IMG/VR virus record: IMGVR_UViG_3300012344_000013
Coordinates: 1 to 64,000 of that record
Direction: 5' to 3' (one strand)
Source of the DNA: a virus
Taxonomy: Duplodnaviria > Caudoviricetes
Length of the DNA: 64,000 nucleotides
In this document: positions 48,167-58,532 of the stretch, piece by piece
Position numbering within the stretch: the stretch's first letter is position 1
Layout: each line of letters begins with the position of its first letter
Notes under the pieces: generated by a model
Told to the model about the DNA's origin: nothing
The model's input: only the letters and a program-made list of their open reading frames with translations
The model's database searches: none
Made by a program: the position numbers and the translations under genes

Positions 48167-51100
48167 ATGGAAATAACTACTAATCCACTTAGTAATTTAT
48201 CTTACACCAATAAAGATTTCCAAACTATATATCCAGAACTAATAGAAGTAGTTAAGAAATTATCTGTTAAATGGGACCCGAGTATTTCTAACGAATCTGA
48301 CCCAGGTGTATTGCTTATTAAATTAAATGCAATATTAGCAGATAGAGACAGTTATAATATAGATAAGAATGTTTTAGAGTATTTTCCTGAAACAGTTACT
48401 CAACCTTCTATTGCTAATTTAGTATTTTCGCAGCAAGCTTATAGAATGCATCAGTATATAGGAGCAGAAACAGCAGTTACCATTAGTATGAATACTAAAT
48501 CAAACGAAGACCTTACTGATGAGCAATTAGAAGAAGAGTTTTCACTTCCTTTATTTTCAATGGTAAGCGATAGTGATAATACTGTTGTATATACTCTTAT
48601 AGCTAATGAGAATTCTGTAAATAATATTATTCCATCTCAAATATCATTAAAGAGAAATGGGGATTCAATAGTAGCTCATGCTATTCAAGGTGTTTATACT
48701 AGTTTTACAGTAAATGGTGATACCAGAATAACTGCACAAAACTTAGATAGTAACAATAAAATATATTTTAATGATACTAATATTGCTGAAAATGGTATTT
48801 ATATAAATAATGTAGGCGATAATAATTATAATGCTTGGAAAAGAGTAGATAATTTAAGTACACAGCCTTTGGGTACTAAGTGTTATTTATTTAATAAAGA
48901 CCCTAAAACAGATTTATTATATATTCAATTCCCTGATGATGTTGATACTACAGTAGGTCAAGGAATAAATATTAGTTATATAAGAACGTTAGGTCAATCA
49001 GGTAATATTAAAGCAAGACAGCTTGAACAGTTTTATAGTGAAGGTGTTGCTACTTCTATTGCTTCTGAAACAACTTTATCTCTAAATAGCGAGAATTTTA
49101 CTTTATTTAATGTAAATGCATCCACTGATGGTAAAGACCCCGAAACAATAGATGATGCTTACACTAATTATAAAAGAACGGTAGGTACCTTTAACACATT
49201 AGTAACTCTAAGAGATTATATTAACTATTTAATTACATCTGGAATGGTTGCTAACGGCGTAGTAACAGATAGAACTAATGATATACAAGATGTTTATTAT
49301 ACTTATATTACTCGTGATGGAGTTAGACAGAAGTATAAGTATATAGAAAAAGATGCTCAAGGAAATAATCTAATGAGTGCTTTTGATTTGAAGTTGTATC
49401 TTATGGAGAGTGTTACCAAACAACCTTCTGTTGAGATGTATAGAGAATCTTTTGAACTTATTCCTAACGGCACTACTAGTGATTCTAATCCTATAAATAA
49501 TTTACAATCTATTTGGAATATCTTATCAGACCAAGATGGTGTAGGTTTAATTCAACATGATATTAAAGAAATTGAAAATGATAAGATTTGTATTTTTAAG
49601 AATAAGTATAAAGTAAATTGTAAGATTATACCTACTGGCGAGTTATCAGTAAAACAGAAAACAGATGTTATTAAAAGTATAACTTCTGCTTTATATAGAG
49701 CACTTAATTCAAGTAAGGTTAATTTTGGAGAAGGTATTGATTATGAGTATATATTACAGATAATTAAGAATTCTTCAAGCTTAATTAGAACAGTTATTTT
49801 AGATGATATAAACTATGATACATATGCTGTTATGCATAGAACTAGAGCAGATGGCGCTGAATATTTTGAAGACATTTTAATTTCAGGAGAACCTAAAGCG
49901 ACTCTTATTGAGAAAAGTGCCACTGTTGTATCTATAGGCAGTAGTGATTATTATGAAACAACGTTTAGTGCGTTACCTATAAATAATTTAACTAAGTTTG
50001 ACTTTAGTGATTTGAATGCAATAAAAGATGCTTTTTCGGGTGGATACTTTAACTATAGTAGCGATGATGGATTTACTAAAGTATATATTTTACCTTCTGA
50101 CATTTCTAAGACTACTATTGAGAAAGTTGAGTATATTCAAATAACAGATAAAGATAACAACGTTTTGTTATATATACCTCAACCTACAGTTGGAACAGAT
50201 ACAGTAAGAATGACTTTCTATCTTAAGAAGGATGTCGCTAATTTAACAGGTGCTTATTTCTATTTTGAAGATGCAGAAGCATATAATTTACAAAGAGATA
50301 TATTTGCAAAGTCTGTTCTAGCATATACTACTCCATTATTGAATACCACTGAAGAGAATTTTGAGTTTAATGTAAATCAAACAAATATAAATCCTAGTAA
50401 TGAATTTTATAGTGATGTTACATCTGTAACCACTGATTCTACAGTAACTTTGACAATGTCTAAGGGTTCCACTTCAGAAACTGGTACTACTTATCCCGCG
50501 GTAGAGTATACTTTAGCAGATAACGAAGTAATCGAATTCTGGAGTCCTAATGCTATTGATGTCGAGAATTATAGTAATTACGTAAAGTATTTTCTAGATA
50601 CTAGCATTCCTATAAGTAAAGGAACTAGCTATGCACTCAAGCAGAATGAATATATCGTTTTATGCTGGAAAGAAGCAGATGCAAATGGTACTGAGAATGA
50701 TTACTACAATTATTATAAATATACTAGTGATTTAACAAAGTCTGCTGCTAATATTGTTAAACCTAATGTTACATTAAAACCAAATATGTCTGATTTAGGA
50801 ACATATATGGGAGAGTCTATTGACTCTGAGGGTCCAATATATGGATGGAAGCCTGTTAAAGAATTGTTTGATGGACTTTCTGTAGGAGCAGGTCAACTAT
50901 CAAGTTTCTTATCTGAGAAGGTTTCTGAATTATATACAGGTTATATTTTAACTGGTACTAATCAGATAAATATGCAAAAGGTAAACACAGTTACGTTACC
51001 TACGCAAAAGCAAAGTACTATTAAATGTTATTGGATATTAAATAATTCTGATAATATATTAGTAGATTGGAGTAAAGTAACCACGGCAGATAATAAGAAA

Positions 51101-52462
51101 TCATTTACCTATGATTTACAATCAAATGAGTATTTCTTATACACAGATTCAAGTTATTCTTCCTTACAGATTTTAGGTAGCGGTACAAGATTAGAATTAT
51201 TTACTACAAGTGGTAATAATAGTATTTGGAAAAGAGATACTATTGATTTAACTCAAGTACAAACAGAGGGATTAAATTTTATCAATAAGAATGCTTGGTT
51301 TGACATATCATTATCAGATGGAAATAGTTTTACTGCAACTGAAATGCAATATGTAAGTATTCCTGCTGGTAATCCTGTTAAATTTACTGCTAAGCAAACT
51401 GATATAACAGAATTAAAGCTAAGTAGTAGTGGAAGTACTTATACTACTAAAGCGGGTGAAGATACTATAGAAAAACCTGTTGTTAACTTTACACAGTTGT
51501 TTGATATTCAGTATGGTAGTCCATCTGTATCGCTACCTACTTATGAGTATTCATCTGATATAGGTTGGCAAGGAAGAACAAGGCTAAACATAAATGCAGG
51601 CATTTCATCTCCTCAAAAACTTATATATGCTGAAAAAAAGAATAGAGATGGCAGTGGCTATGTAGATAGTCAAAGCTTTGTATTGAATGGACTTGATAAT
51701 ACTGTTTATCCTGTAACTATAAAACCTGATGAAGCGGCAGCAAAGTCATCTCCAAACGATACAGAAACGGAAGAGGAATATAAACAAAAAACATCTACCC
51801 TCTATATAGCATCCTCTTATGATATAGACGTTTTAGGAGGTACAGATGTAGATGTAACTCTTACCGATGTTTACGATAATATTACTAATGCTACTTTCTA
51901 TGTTTATAGTCAAAAAGAATTCGAAGATGGTTTAACCCTTGAGCAATCATATACATTTAAGATACCTAAGGGTAATTATTTAATTCCTTTTAAGAATATA
52001 AAAGCGTTGGAAGCTACAAGTGAATTTGTAGTTACTATTACTAATAGCAGTGGTCCTGTAGATGGAGCGTTTCAATGGTTAAGAGATTATTTCTCATTAG
52101 AAGATAAAGGGATTAACTTAGGAGTGTTAAGGCTTACTCAGGATGTCGAGTTAAACATGTCTTTTAGTAATGTAGAAGAAGCAGATAAGGCTTCAATTTT
52201 AATAGAACCTTTTATTAAATTCGAAGAAAATGAGTATTTAGCAAAATATCTAACGACTGTTATTAACTTAGATAAAGACTATAAATATGATTTTACTTAT
52301 AAAATAAGCGAAGATACAAACATCATAGATAATCCTTTGAATCCTAAGAGTTTCTTAGAATCGAATCATATTTATAATAAATTTACTATCTGTGAAATGC
52401 GCACCAATGATACAGTTGCAGATAAAAATCTAACAATTGATTTTATTACTAAATCACTATAA
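48167..52462 (+). CDS. Baseplate wedge protein (gp6/J-like), large
   Basis: 'SYTNKDF..I', 'SDPGVLLI', 'G.DPET', 'LVTLRDY'; ATG 48167 follows GGAAGGTGG, while the track start at 48146 overlaps gp25. Confidence 0.8.
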   Translation: MEITTNPLSNLSYTNKDFQTIYPELIEVVKKLSVKWDPSISNESDPGVLLIKLNAILADRDSYNIDKNVLEYFPETVTQPSIANLVFSQQAYRMHQYIGAETAVTISMNTKSNEDLTDEQLEEEFSLPLFSMVSDSDNTVVYTLIANENSVNNIIPSQISLKRNGDSIVAHAIQGVYTSFTVNGDTRITAQNLDSNNKIYFNDTNIAENGIYINNVGDNNYNAWKRVDNLSTQPLGTKCYLFNKDPKTDLLYIQFPDDVDTTVGQGINISYIRTLGQSGNIKARQLEQFYSEGVATSIASETTLSLNSENFTLFNVNASTDGKDPETIDDAYTNYKRTVGTFNTLVTLRDYINYLITSGMVANGVVTDRTNDIQDVYYTYITRDGVRQKYKYIEKDAQGNNLMSAFDLKLYLMESVTKQPSVEMYRESFELIPNGTTSDSNPINNLQSIWNILSDQDGVGLIQHDIKEIENDKICIFKNKYKVNCKIIPTGELSVKQKTDVIKSITSALYRALNSSKVNFGEGIDYEYILQIIKNSSSLIRTVILDDINYDTYAVMHRTRADGAEYFEDILISGEPKATLIEKSATVVSIGSSDYYETTFSALPINNLTKFDFSDLNAIKDAFSGGYFNYSSDDGFTKVYILPSDISKTTIEKVEYIQITDKDNNVLLYIPQPTVGTDTVRMTFYLKKDVANLTGAYFYFEDAEAYNLQRDIFAKSVLAYTTPLLNTTEENFEFNVNQTNINPSNEFYSDVTSVTTDSTVTLTMSKGSTSETGTTYPAVEYTLADNEVIEFWSPNAIDVENYSNYVKYFLDTSIPISKGTSYALKQNEYIVLCWKEADANGTENDYYNYYKYTSDLTKSAANIVKPNVTLKPNMSDLGTYMGESIDSEGPIYGWKPVKELFDGLSVGAGQLSSFLSEKVSELYTGYILTGTNQINMQKVNTVTLPTQKQSTIKCYWILNNSDNILVDWSKVTTADNKKSFTYDLQSNEYFLYTDSSYSSLQILGSGTRLELFTTSGNNSIWKRDTIDLTQVQTEGLNFINKNAWFDISLSDGNSFTATEMQYVSIPAGNPVKFTAKQTDITELKLSSSGSTYTTKAGEDTIEKPVVNFTQLFDIQYGSPSVSLPTYEYSSDIGWQGRTRLNINAGISSPQKLIYAEKKNRDGSGYVDSQSFVLNGLDNTVYPVTIKPDEAAAKSSPNDTETEEEYKQKTSTLYIASSYDIDVLGGTDVDVTLTDVYDNITNATFYVYSQKEFEDGLTLEQSYTFKIPKGNYLIPFKNIKALEATSEFVVTITNSSGPVDGAFQWLRDYFSLEDKGINLGVLRLTQDVELNMSFSNVEEADKASILIEPFIKFEENEYLAKYLTTVINLDKDYKYDFTYKISEDTNIIDNPLNPKSFLESNHIYNKFTICEMRTNDTVADKNLTIDFITKSL

Positions 52463-52475
52463 GGAGTAAGTAGAT

Positions 52476-53276
52476 ATGTCTTATGTAAATATAGAGAAAA
52501 AAGTTCCAAAGGCATATTTGATAGACTCCAGAGATTTTCAATTATTATGTAGGATATTTAATATAATTGAGAATTCAAGTAGAGCTGATATCGAGAGCAT
52601 GATAAGTGTTCTCGATACTGCTACTTGTAGAGATAGAGTTTTATCGCTGTGGAAAACTAAATTAGGTATATTTGAGAGTTTAGAAGTAACTTCTGATGTT
52701 TTAAGAGAAATATTAAATGCTTTTCCTTATATCATTAAGAATAAAGGCTCTAAAACGGCTATAGAAAAATGTATAGCGTTATTTACAAGATTGAACGGTA
52801 TAAAAACAGAAGTTACAGTTGAAATAGTAAATAATCAGCAAAGTGATGACGGTTATTTACCGTATCATATATTGATAACAATAGAAGCCTTTGATGGTAG
52901 CTTCATAGATACCTTAGATAAGGTTTTAGCATATGTAGTTCCTACCGGCTATGAAATATATTATAAACTTATTGCTAAGAATCAATATAGTAATACTGTT
53001 TTATCTTCAGATACAAACGCCGTAATGATAAATACGTATAATACTAATACTAGAATCATGGCGGATACCAATGCTTATAGTAGTATACCTAGTATTACTG
53101 ATAAAGGTAAAGAAGTTGCTAATAGAAATATGTACACTGTAGGTGCTGCTTATGTATATGGTACATTAAATAGTGATGAAGATAAATTTAGTGATTCTAT
53201 TTTAGGAGCATCGTTATATAGTAGCACAGAATCAAGTGCAGAAGAACTTTGGAAATCTGAAAAGGAAGGTAATTAA
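52476..53276 (+). CDS. Baseplate wedge protein (gp7/P2 gpI-like)
   Basis: 'SRDFQ', 'KNKGSKTAIE', 'YVVPTG'. Confidence 0.7.
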   Translation: MSYVNIEKKVPKAYLIDSRDFQLLCRIFNIIENSSRADIESMISVLDTATCRDRVLSLWKTKLGIFESLEVTSDVLREILNAFPYIIKNKGSKTAIEKCIALFTRLNGIKTEVTVEIVNNQQSDDGYLPYHILITIEAFDGSFIDTLDKVLAYVVPTGYEIYYKLIAKNQYSNTVLSSDTNAVMINTYNTNTRIMADTNAYSSIPSITDKGKEVANRNMYTVGAAYVYGTLNSDEDKFSDSILGASLYSSTESSAEELWKSEKEGN

Positions 53277-53278
53277 AG

Positions 53279-53773
53279 TTGCAAAACAATTTCGTATATA
53301 AAGGTGAAGTTACTCTTAATGTTATTAAGAATGGCAAGACCTTTTATAAAAAAATATATAATAAAGGAACTGTTAATTTATTTAATTATATAATTTCTGC
53401 TATAAGAGGTGACTTTGCAAGTATTGCTAATTCCTATCCTAATAAAGCATGCTTCAGTAGTACAGAAGATTCTAGTGGCGTATTAAGTTCTTTAAGTGAT
53501 GCTTTTGGTAAAACAAGTGGGTTTGATAATATAAAAAGTGCCCCGTTTGCGTATTATAATTTTACGCTAGATGGCTCAGATTTGGCAAAGGTAGTTGGTT
53601 CAAAAGCTTATGTATTACTTTGTTCTAATGATTCTGTTACAGGTTCAATTAAGGTAATGGCGAGCGTAGAACTAAAAGAAGATGATGTAGCAAAAATAGC
53701 TAAGTCAGGCGTAGTAGTTACATTAGAGTGGAAATTATACGTTATGAATGATGGCAATAAGGAGAATGGTTAA
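53279..53773 (+). CDS. Baseplate/fibre-attachment protein, unknown
   Basis: 'YKGEVTL...N.GT' and 'LEWKL' pattern; position. Confidence 0.5.
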   Translation: MQNNFVYKGEVTLNVIKNGKTFYKKIYNKGTVNLFNYIISAIRGDFASIANSYPNKACFSSTEDSSGVLSSLSDAFGKTSGFDNIKSAPFAYYNFTLDGSDLAKVVGSKAYVLLCSNDSVTGSIKVMASVELKEDDVAKIAKSGVVVTLEWKLYVMNDGNKENG

Positions 53774-53775
53774 AG

Positions 53776-54243
53776 ATGAGTAATATTGCTTCTAATAATA
53801 TAAAAGTATTTCCTGCTGTAAGAAGAACTGAATCTCCTGCAGAATCTAGACAGTTATCTGAGAAGAATTTAGTAGGATTGGTGAATAAACTTCTTGATGT
53901 TGATAGTTTTATTATTTCTTATGATGCTACTGCTGATATAATGAAGTTTAATATTGCAGGATATTATTTTGAGATAGATAAATTTAGTGAAGTAACTGGT
54001 AATGATGATAAATTTGCTAAGTTGGTATTCGATGATACAAATTCTGATGCAACATATCCAGAATTAAAAGGAGATGCTAATAGCAATTATCAAGGGCTAG
54101 AATTTGTTACTAGTGCTCCAACATCAGGACATTGGATTAGACTTAGGGATGATTCAAATAATATAATAACTTCTTCTTTTAAGTATAAAGCTACCAATGT
54201 AGAAGGCTTAAAATTTGATAATATAGATGGTGGAACTTATTAA
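53776..54243 (+). CDS. Structural protein ending in IDGGTY (fibre attachment)
   Basis: Last gene of the structural operon; 'FNIAGYYF'. Confidence 0.5.
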   Translation: MSNIASNNIKVFPAVRRTESPAESRQLSEKNLVGLVNKLLDVDSFIISYDATADIMKFNIAGYYFEIDKFSEVTGNDDKFAKLVFDDTNSDATYPELKGDANSNYQGLEFVTSAPTSGHWIRLRDDSNNIITSSFKYKATNVEGLKFDNIDGGTY

Positions 54244-54269
54244 AATTTTTATAAATCTCAAATAAGATA

Positions 54270-54311
54270 TTGTATATATAGATGTGATTAAATTTACATC
54301 TATATTTTTTT
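54270..54311 (+). terminator. Terminator closing the structural operon, overlapped by a TTGTATA promoter motif
   Basis: ATATAGATGTGA / TTACATCTATAT stem + T-run; TTGTATA at 54270. Confidence 0.7.
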
Positions 54312-54324
54312 ATCGGAGATTGTT

Positions 54325-54633
54325 ATGAATAATTTTATTACTATAAATTGTCCTAAATGCGGCTATGAGTATTTACCAGCAGAAATTTTTATACCTAAAG
54401 CTTTTATAGGTACACCTAAAGATATTATAAGAGATAGTAATCATAGAGTAGAAGATTTTATGGGAAAATCTTTAGACACAGTTGAGGAATATACTTGTGA
54501 CCATTGTCATACAACGTTTTCAGTAAATGCTGATATTAAATTCACAACTACTATTAGTAAGAATGATTTTAATAATACTGAATATGCTCAAAAACTTAAA
54601 AAGCCTAAGAAAATAATAATGAGTGAAGAATAA
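54325..54633 (+). CDS. Small zinc-ribbon protein
   Basis: CPKC ... CDHC. Confidence 0.65.
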   Translation: MNNFITINCPKCGYEYLPAEIFIPKAFIGTPKDIIRDSNHRVEDFMGKSLDTVEEYTCDHCHTTFSVNADIKFTTTISKNDFNNTEYAQKLKKPKKIIMSEE

Positions 54634-56267
54634 TGTCTATAATAGAGCAAGCTCGTTCTAATAAATTACCTTGTTATACATCATTGTTTATAACTATAGA
54701 ATATGATAAAGAATTATTCGATATATTAGTTCAAGATAATGAGTGTATATATGATGATAAATTAAAGAAATTTGAGTTTCCAATAAATAAATTAAAGTAC
54801 TTAATAGAAACTTTAATGCAATATGACTCTGTTACATTTATACCTTATAAATATAATATAGAAAATAATTCTAATATTGAATTATATTCCTATAAGCCCA
54901 AATTATATAAGCATCAAATTGAAGGAATACAATATGGTTTAGCACATAATTCCTGGCTATTATTGGATGACCAAGGACTCGGTAAGACTATACAGATGAT
55001 TTGTTTGGCAGAATCATTAAAGCAAAGAGACCATATAGAGCATTGTTTAATAATATGTGGAGTAAGTAGTCTAAAATATAATTGGGCAGAAGAGATTGAA
55101 AAGTTTTCTAATTTAGATTATATTATATTAGGGCAACAGATTACAAAAACTGGAAAAGTAAAATTGGCTTCTGTAGCAGATAGATTAAATCAATTAAAAA
55201 ATAAGATTGATGAGTTTTTTGTAATTACTAACGTTGAAACATTACGTAATAAAGATTTTATAAAAGCATTTAATAATAGTAAAAATAAATTTGGTATGAT
55301 AGTGTTTGACGAAATACATCGCTGTAAGAGTCCAACTGCCCAAGCTACTAAAACATTGTTAAAATTAAAATCTAATCATAATATAGCATTAACTGGAACT
55401 ATAATTCTAAATAATCCAGAAGATTGTTATATACCTTTGAAATGGACAAATAATGTAAAATGTACTTTTTCTAATTTCAAAAAATTATATAATATCTATG
55501 GGGGTTTTGGAGGAGTACAGGTAATTGGTCATAAAAATTTACTATTGTTAAATGATTTATTAGCCAAATGTGCTTTAAGAAGATTAAAGTCTCAAGTATT
55601 AGATTTACCTGACAGAGTATTCTTAACAGAATATGTAGATTTAACAAAATCTCAAAGAGATTTATATAATGAAGTTGCAGATGGTATAGCTAAAGAGCTT
55701 GATAAATTAGGTGAGATTAGTATTATACAGGAATTAAGTATAAATATGAGATTAAGGCAGATAACTGCTTATCCTGGAATGTTATCAACAACTGTTTTAG
55801 AATCTGCAAAATTAGATAGATTAGAAGATTTAGTAAATCAGATAGTGAGTCAAGGAGATAAAGTGGCAATATTTAGTAATTTCAAAGGAACTGTTCCTGA
55901 AGTTATGAGAAGATTGTCCATATACAATCCAGTATCTTGCACTGGCGATAACACCGATTTAGAGATATCTAGTAGTAAAAATATCTTTAATAATGACAGT
56001 AATTGTAAAGTAATTGTAAGTACTTGGCAGAAGATGGGAACAGGTCATACATTAACTGCTGCTAATTATATAATATTTATTGATACACCTTATACTATGG
56101 CAGATTTTATGCAAGTGTCAGATAGAATATATAGAATAGGTCAAAATAAATCTTGCACAGTAATTGTTTTAATAGCTAAAGATACTTATGATGAGAGAGT
56201 AAAAGAAATATTAGAGACTAAGGACAATTTAACAAAAGAAATTTTAGATAGAGAAGTCAAAAATTAG
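54633..56267 (+). CDS. SNF2-family helicase/ATPase
   Basis: 'DDQGLGKT', 'FDEIHRCK', 'ALTGT', 'G.GHTLTAA', 'Q..DRIYRIGQ'. Confidence 0.9.
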   Translation: MSIIEQARSNKLPCYTSLFITIEYDKELFDILVQDNECIYDDKLKKFEFPINKLKYLIETLMQYDSVTFIPYKYNIENNSNIELYSYKPKLYKHQIEGIQYGLAHNSWLLLDDQGLGKTIQMICLAESLKQRDHIEHCLIICGVSSLKYNWAEEIEKFSNLDYIILGQQITKTGKVKLASVADRLNQLKNKIDEFFVITNVETLRNKDFIKAFNNSKNKFGMIVFDEIHRCKSPTAQATKTLLKLKSNHNIALTGTIILNNPEDCYIPLKWTNNVKCTFSNFKKLYNIYGGFGGVQVIGHKNLLLLNDLLAKCALRRLKSQVLDLPDRVFLTEYVDLTKSQRDLYNEVADGIAKELDKLGEISIIQELSINMRLRQITAYPGMLSTTVLESAKLDRLEDLVNQIVSQGDKVAIFSNFKGTVPEVMRRLSIYNPVSCTGDNTDLEISSSKNIFNNDSNCKVIVSTWQKMGTGHTLTAANYIIFIDTPYTMADFMQVSDRIYRIGQNKSCTVIVLIAKDTYDERVKEILETKDNLTKEILDREVKN

Positions 56268-56296
56268 TTGACTTCTCTTTTTTAGTATTGTATAAT
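56250..56296 (+). promoter_or_regulatory. Terminator hairpin containing the -35 of a sigmaA promoter (TTGACT-N17-TATAAT)
   Basis: AGAGAAGTCAA/TTGACTTCTCT + T5; -35 at 56268-56273, -10 at 56291-56296. Confidence 0.75.
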
Positions 56297-56329
56297 AATC
56301 ATACAATTAGTTAGTAAGGAGATGTTTAA

Positions 56330-57142
56330 TTGTATACTTATTTTAAGATGTTACATAGTATATGTGATTCTAATGATGTAGAATCCATATATGCCTTAAC
56401 TCAAGATATGGCTAATAAAGCAGGTTATTATAGAGATGAATTTACGTTCAAAAACGGTAATAAACGGGAACGAACATTTTATAGAACAAGTTTTGATGAT
56501 ACTTTAGTAGCTAAATGGATGTGCTTTTATGAGCCTTTATTTAAGGCAAAATTAAATAAGCATCGTGATTTGAAAGAATATTATATAGACATAATAAATA
56601 TAACATTTACTTTATTTATGAATAGCCTTAATTTAGAGAAAACAAATTGTGATATGATGGTAAATAAGTATGTAAATTTGACCCTTCGTAATAGAATAGG
56701 TTATTTTGAATATGTAGTGGGTTCTACTACACGTGTAGAAGATACTTTATCAAAAAAATCAAAATCTGCTCGATTACGCTCAAGTATAAATCATCAAGCA
56801 TTTTCTTTAGATGAGCTAATTACAGATGAAAACTATTCTTTTAGAGATAATGCAATTGCAGATAATTTCGAAGGTGAAGATATAGTAATTGAGTTGAAGA
56901 AAAAGCTGAATAATAGTAAAATAGGTTTGACGTTATTAAATGGTCTACTAAATTCAAATAAAAAGGTTCAATTAAGTCATATAGACGATTTTATTGATTT
57001 ATCTAAATATAAAATGGATAAAAATGATAGAGAAGAATTACTAGATTCATATAATATAATAAAATCAGTACTACATTCTTATATTTTAGACAATAAATAT
57101 GATTGGAGGCCGGCTAAGAGTATAAGATTAACTACTGATTAG
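56330..57142 (+). CDS. Putative phage sigma-factor-like transcription regulator
   Basis: Helical; 'FSLDELI.DE...F.D..IAD' resembles the sigma70 region 3 linker; region-2-like 'KYVNLTLRNRI'. Confidence 0.45.
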   Translation: MYTYFKMLHSICDSNDVESIYALTQDMANKAGYYRDEFTFKNGNKRERTFYRTSFDDTLVAKWMCFYEPLFKAKLNKHRDLKEYYIDIINITFTLFMNSLNLEKTNCDMMVNKYVNLTLRNRIGYFEYVVGSTTRVEDTLSKKSKSARLRSSINHQAFSLDELITDENYSFRDNAIADNFEGEDIVIELKKKLNNSKIGLTLLNGLLNSNKKVQLSHIDDFIDLSKYKMDKNDREELLDSYNIIKSVLHSYILDNKYDWRPAKSIRLTTD

Positions 57143-57147
57143 AAAGA

Positions 57148-57843
57148 GTGTATTTTGTGATATTAAAATCATATTCATATAATGTAGATATTGCTAAGAT
57201 TTTTGGAATAAATTGTGCTGTTTTTATACAACTACTTATAGAACATAACTATAATATTTCTATAAACAGAGAAGAAATATTTGAAGCAATTGGATTAGAT
57301 ATATCTAAGCAAGGGGAGGTAGAACGAAGTTTGGAAGATAGTAAAGTTTTAACTATTAGAACAAATAGAAATGGTAATAATGGCTATAAATTAAATGTAG
57401 ATTTACTAACATCTATGTTACAAAATTATACAGCATATAATAGTTTTATAAAACAAAATGATGGAATTAAAGTAGATAAAAAAGTATCTAAACAAGAAAG
57501 AGCAACTTCTCAAATAAATAAATTAAAATCATATATAGTATGCGAAGATAGCAAGTTTAGACAATATTGGGGAGATTGGATAGATGCTGTTTACACTAAA
57601 GAAAATGGTAGATTTCCTAATAAAGCTAGTATACATATTGCTGAGCAAGAGTTGAATAGTTATACAGATAGTGATAATGTAAAGGAAAATATAATTTTTA
57701 TTGCAATTAAAAATGGTTATAGAGACATAACTTGGGCAATATCGAAATATGAACAGGAGCATAATAAAGATGCTAGTATAAATTTTATTAACTATAATGA
57801 TATAAAATCAGATGGTAAGAATATAGTAGATGAGGAATTTTAA
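57148..57843 (+). CDS. Replication initiator / replisome organiser (wHTH N-terminus)
   Basis: 'YNVDIAKIFGINCAVFI.LL' N-terminus; directly upstream of a DnaC-like loader. Confidence 0.6.
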   Translation: MYFVILKSYSYNVDIAKIFGINCAVFIQLLIEHNYNISINREEIFEAIGLDISKQGEVERSLEDSKVLTIRTNRNGNNGYKLNVDLLTSMLQNYTAYNSFIKQNDGIKVDKKVSKQERATSQINKLKSYIVCEDSKFRQYWGDWIDAVYTKENGRFPNKASIHIAEQELNSYTDSDNVKENIIFIAIKNGYRDITWAISKYEQEHNKDASINFINYNDIKSDGKNIVDEEF

Positions 57844-58532
57844 TGGAGTTTATTTACAATTCAGAGAATAAAGATAAGTGCTGGTATAGAGATATTTGTG
57901 ATAAATCTAGATGTAACAGTTTTTGTATTAGAAATTATAAAATGGATGCACTTACATATTTAGCAACTATGGAAGGAAATCAAAAATATCCAATATCCTT
58001 AAAGCCGGATAAAGTAGATTATGATAATTTTGTAAGATTAAAAGAAATAAAAAATGATATAAAATCTTTTGTAGAAGGTGGAAAAAATCTTTTAATTTAT
58101 AGTATAAATACAGGAAATGGAAAAACAGAATGGGCTAAGAAATTATTATTAAGTTGGTTTAATTCAATATGGCCTTATACTGAATTGGAATGTCGTGGAT
58201 TATTTATTTCTATGCCTAAATTTATACAAGCAATGAAAGAGAATATTTCAAAGCCAAATGATTATTTTGAGCATATAAACAGTAATATAGTAGAAACAGA
58301 TTTAGTAGTGTGGGATGAGCTTAATTATAAAGAATTAACTCAATACGAGCACGATTATTTGCTTAATATAATTAGCCAGAGAACATCTATTGGTAAAGCA
58401 AATATATTCACAACTAACTATGATTTACAAACAATAGAACAAAAATTAGGTTCACGATTAAGTAGTAGAATAGTAGGTTATTCAGAAAAGATAGAATTAA
58501 AAGGTTCAGATAAACGAGGTCTAAATGGGTAA
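57843..58532 (+). CDS. dnaC: DnaC/IstB-like helicase loader
   Basis: TGNGKT, 'LVVWDEL', 'IFTTN', 'RLSSRI', 'GSDKR'; N-terminal Cys cluster. Confidence 0.85.
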   Translation: MEFIYNSENKDKCWYRDICDKSRCNSFCIRNYKMDALTYLATMEGNQKYPISLKPDKVDYDNFVRLKEIKNDIKSFVEGGKNLLIYSINTGNGKTEWAKKLLLSWFNSIWPYTELECRGLFISMPKFIQAMKENISKPNDYFEHINSNIVETDLVVWDELNYKELTQYEHDYLLNIISQRTSIGKANIFTTNYDLQTIEQKLGSRLSSRIVGYSEKIELKGSDKRGLNG

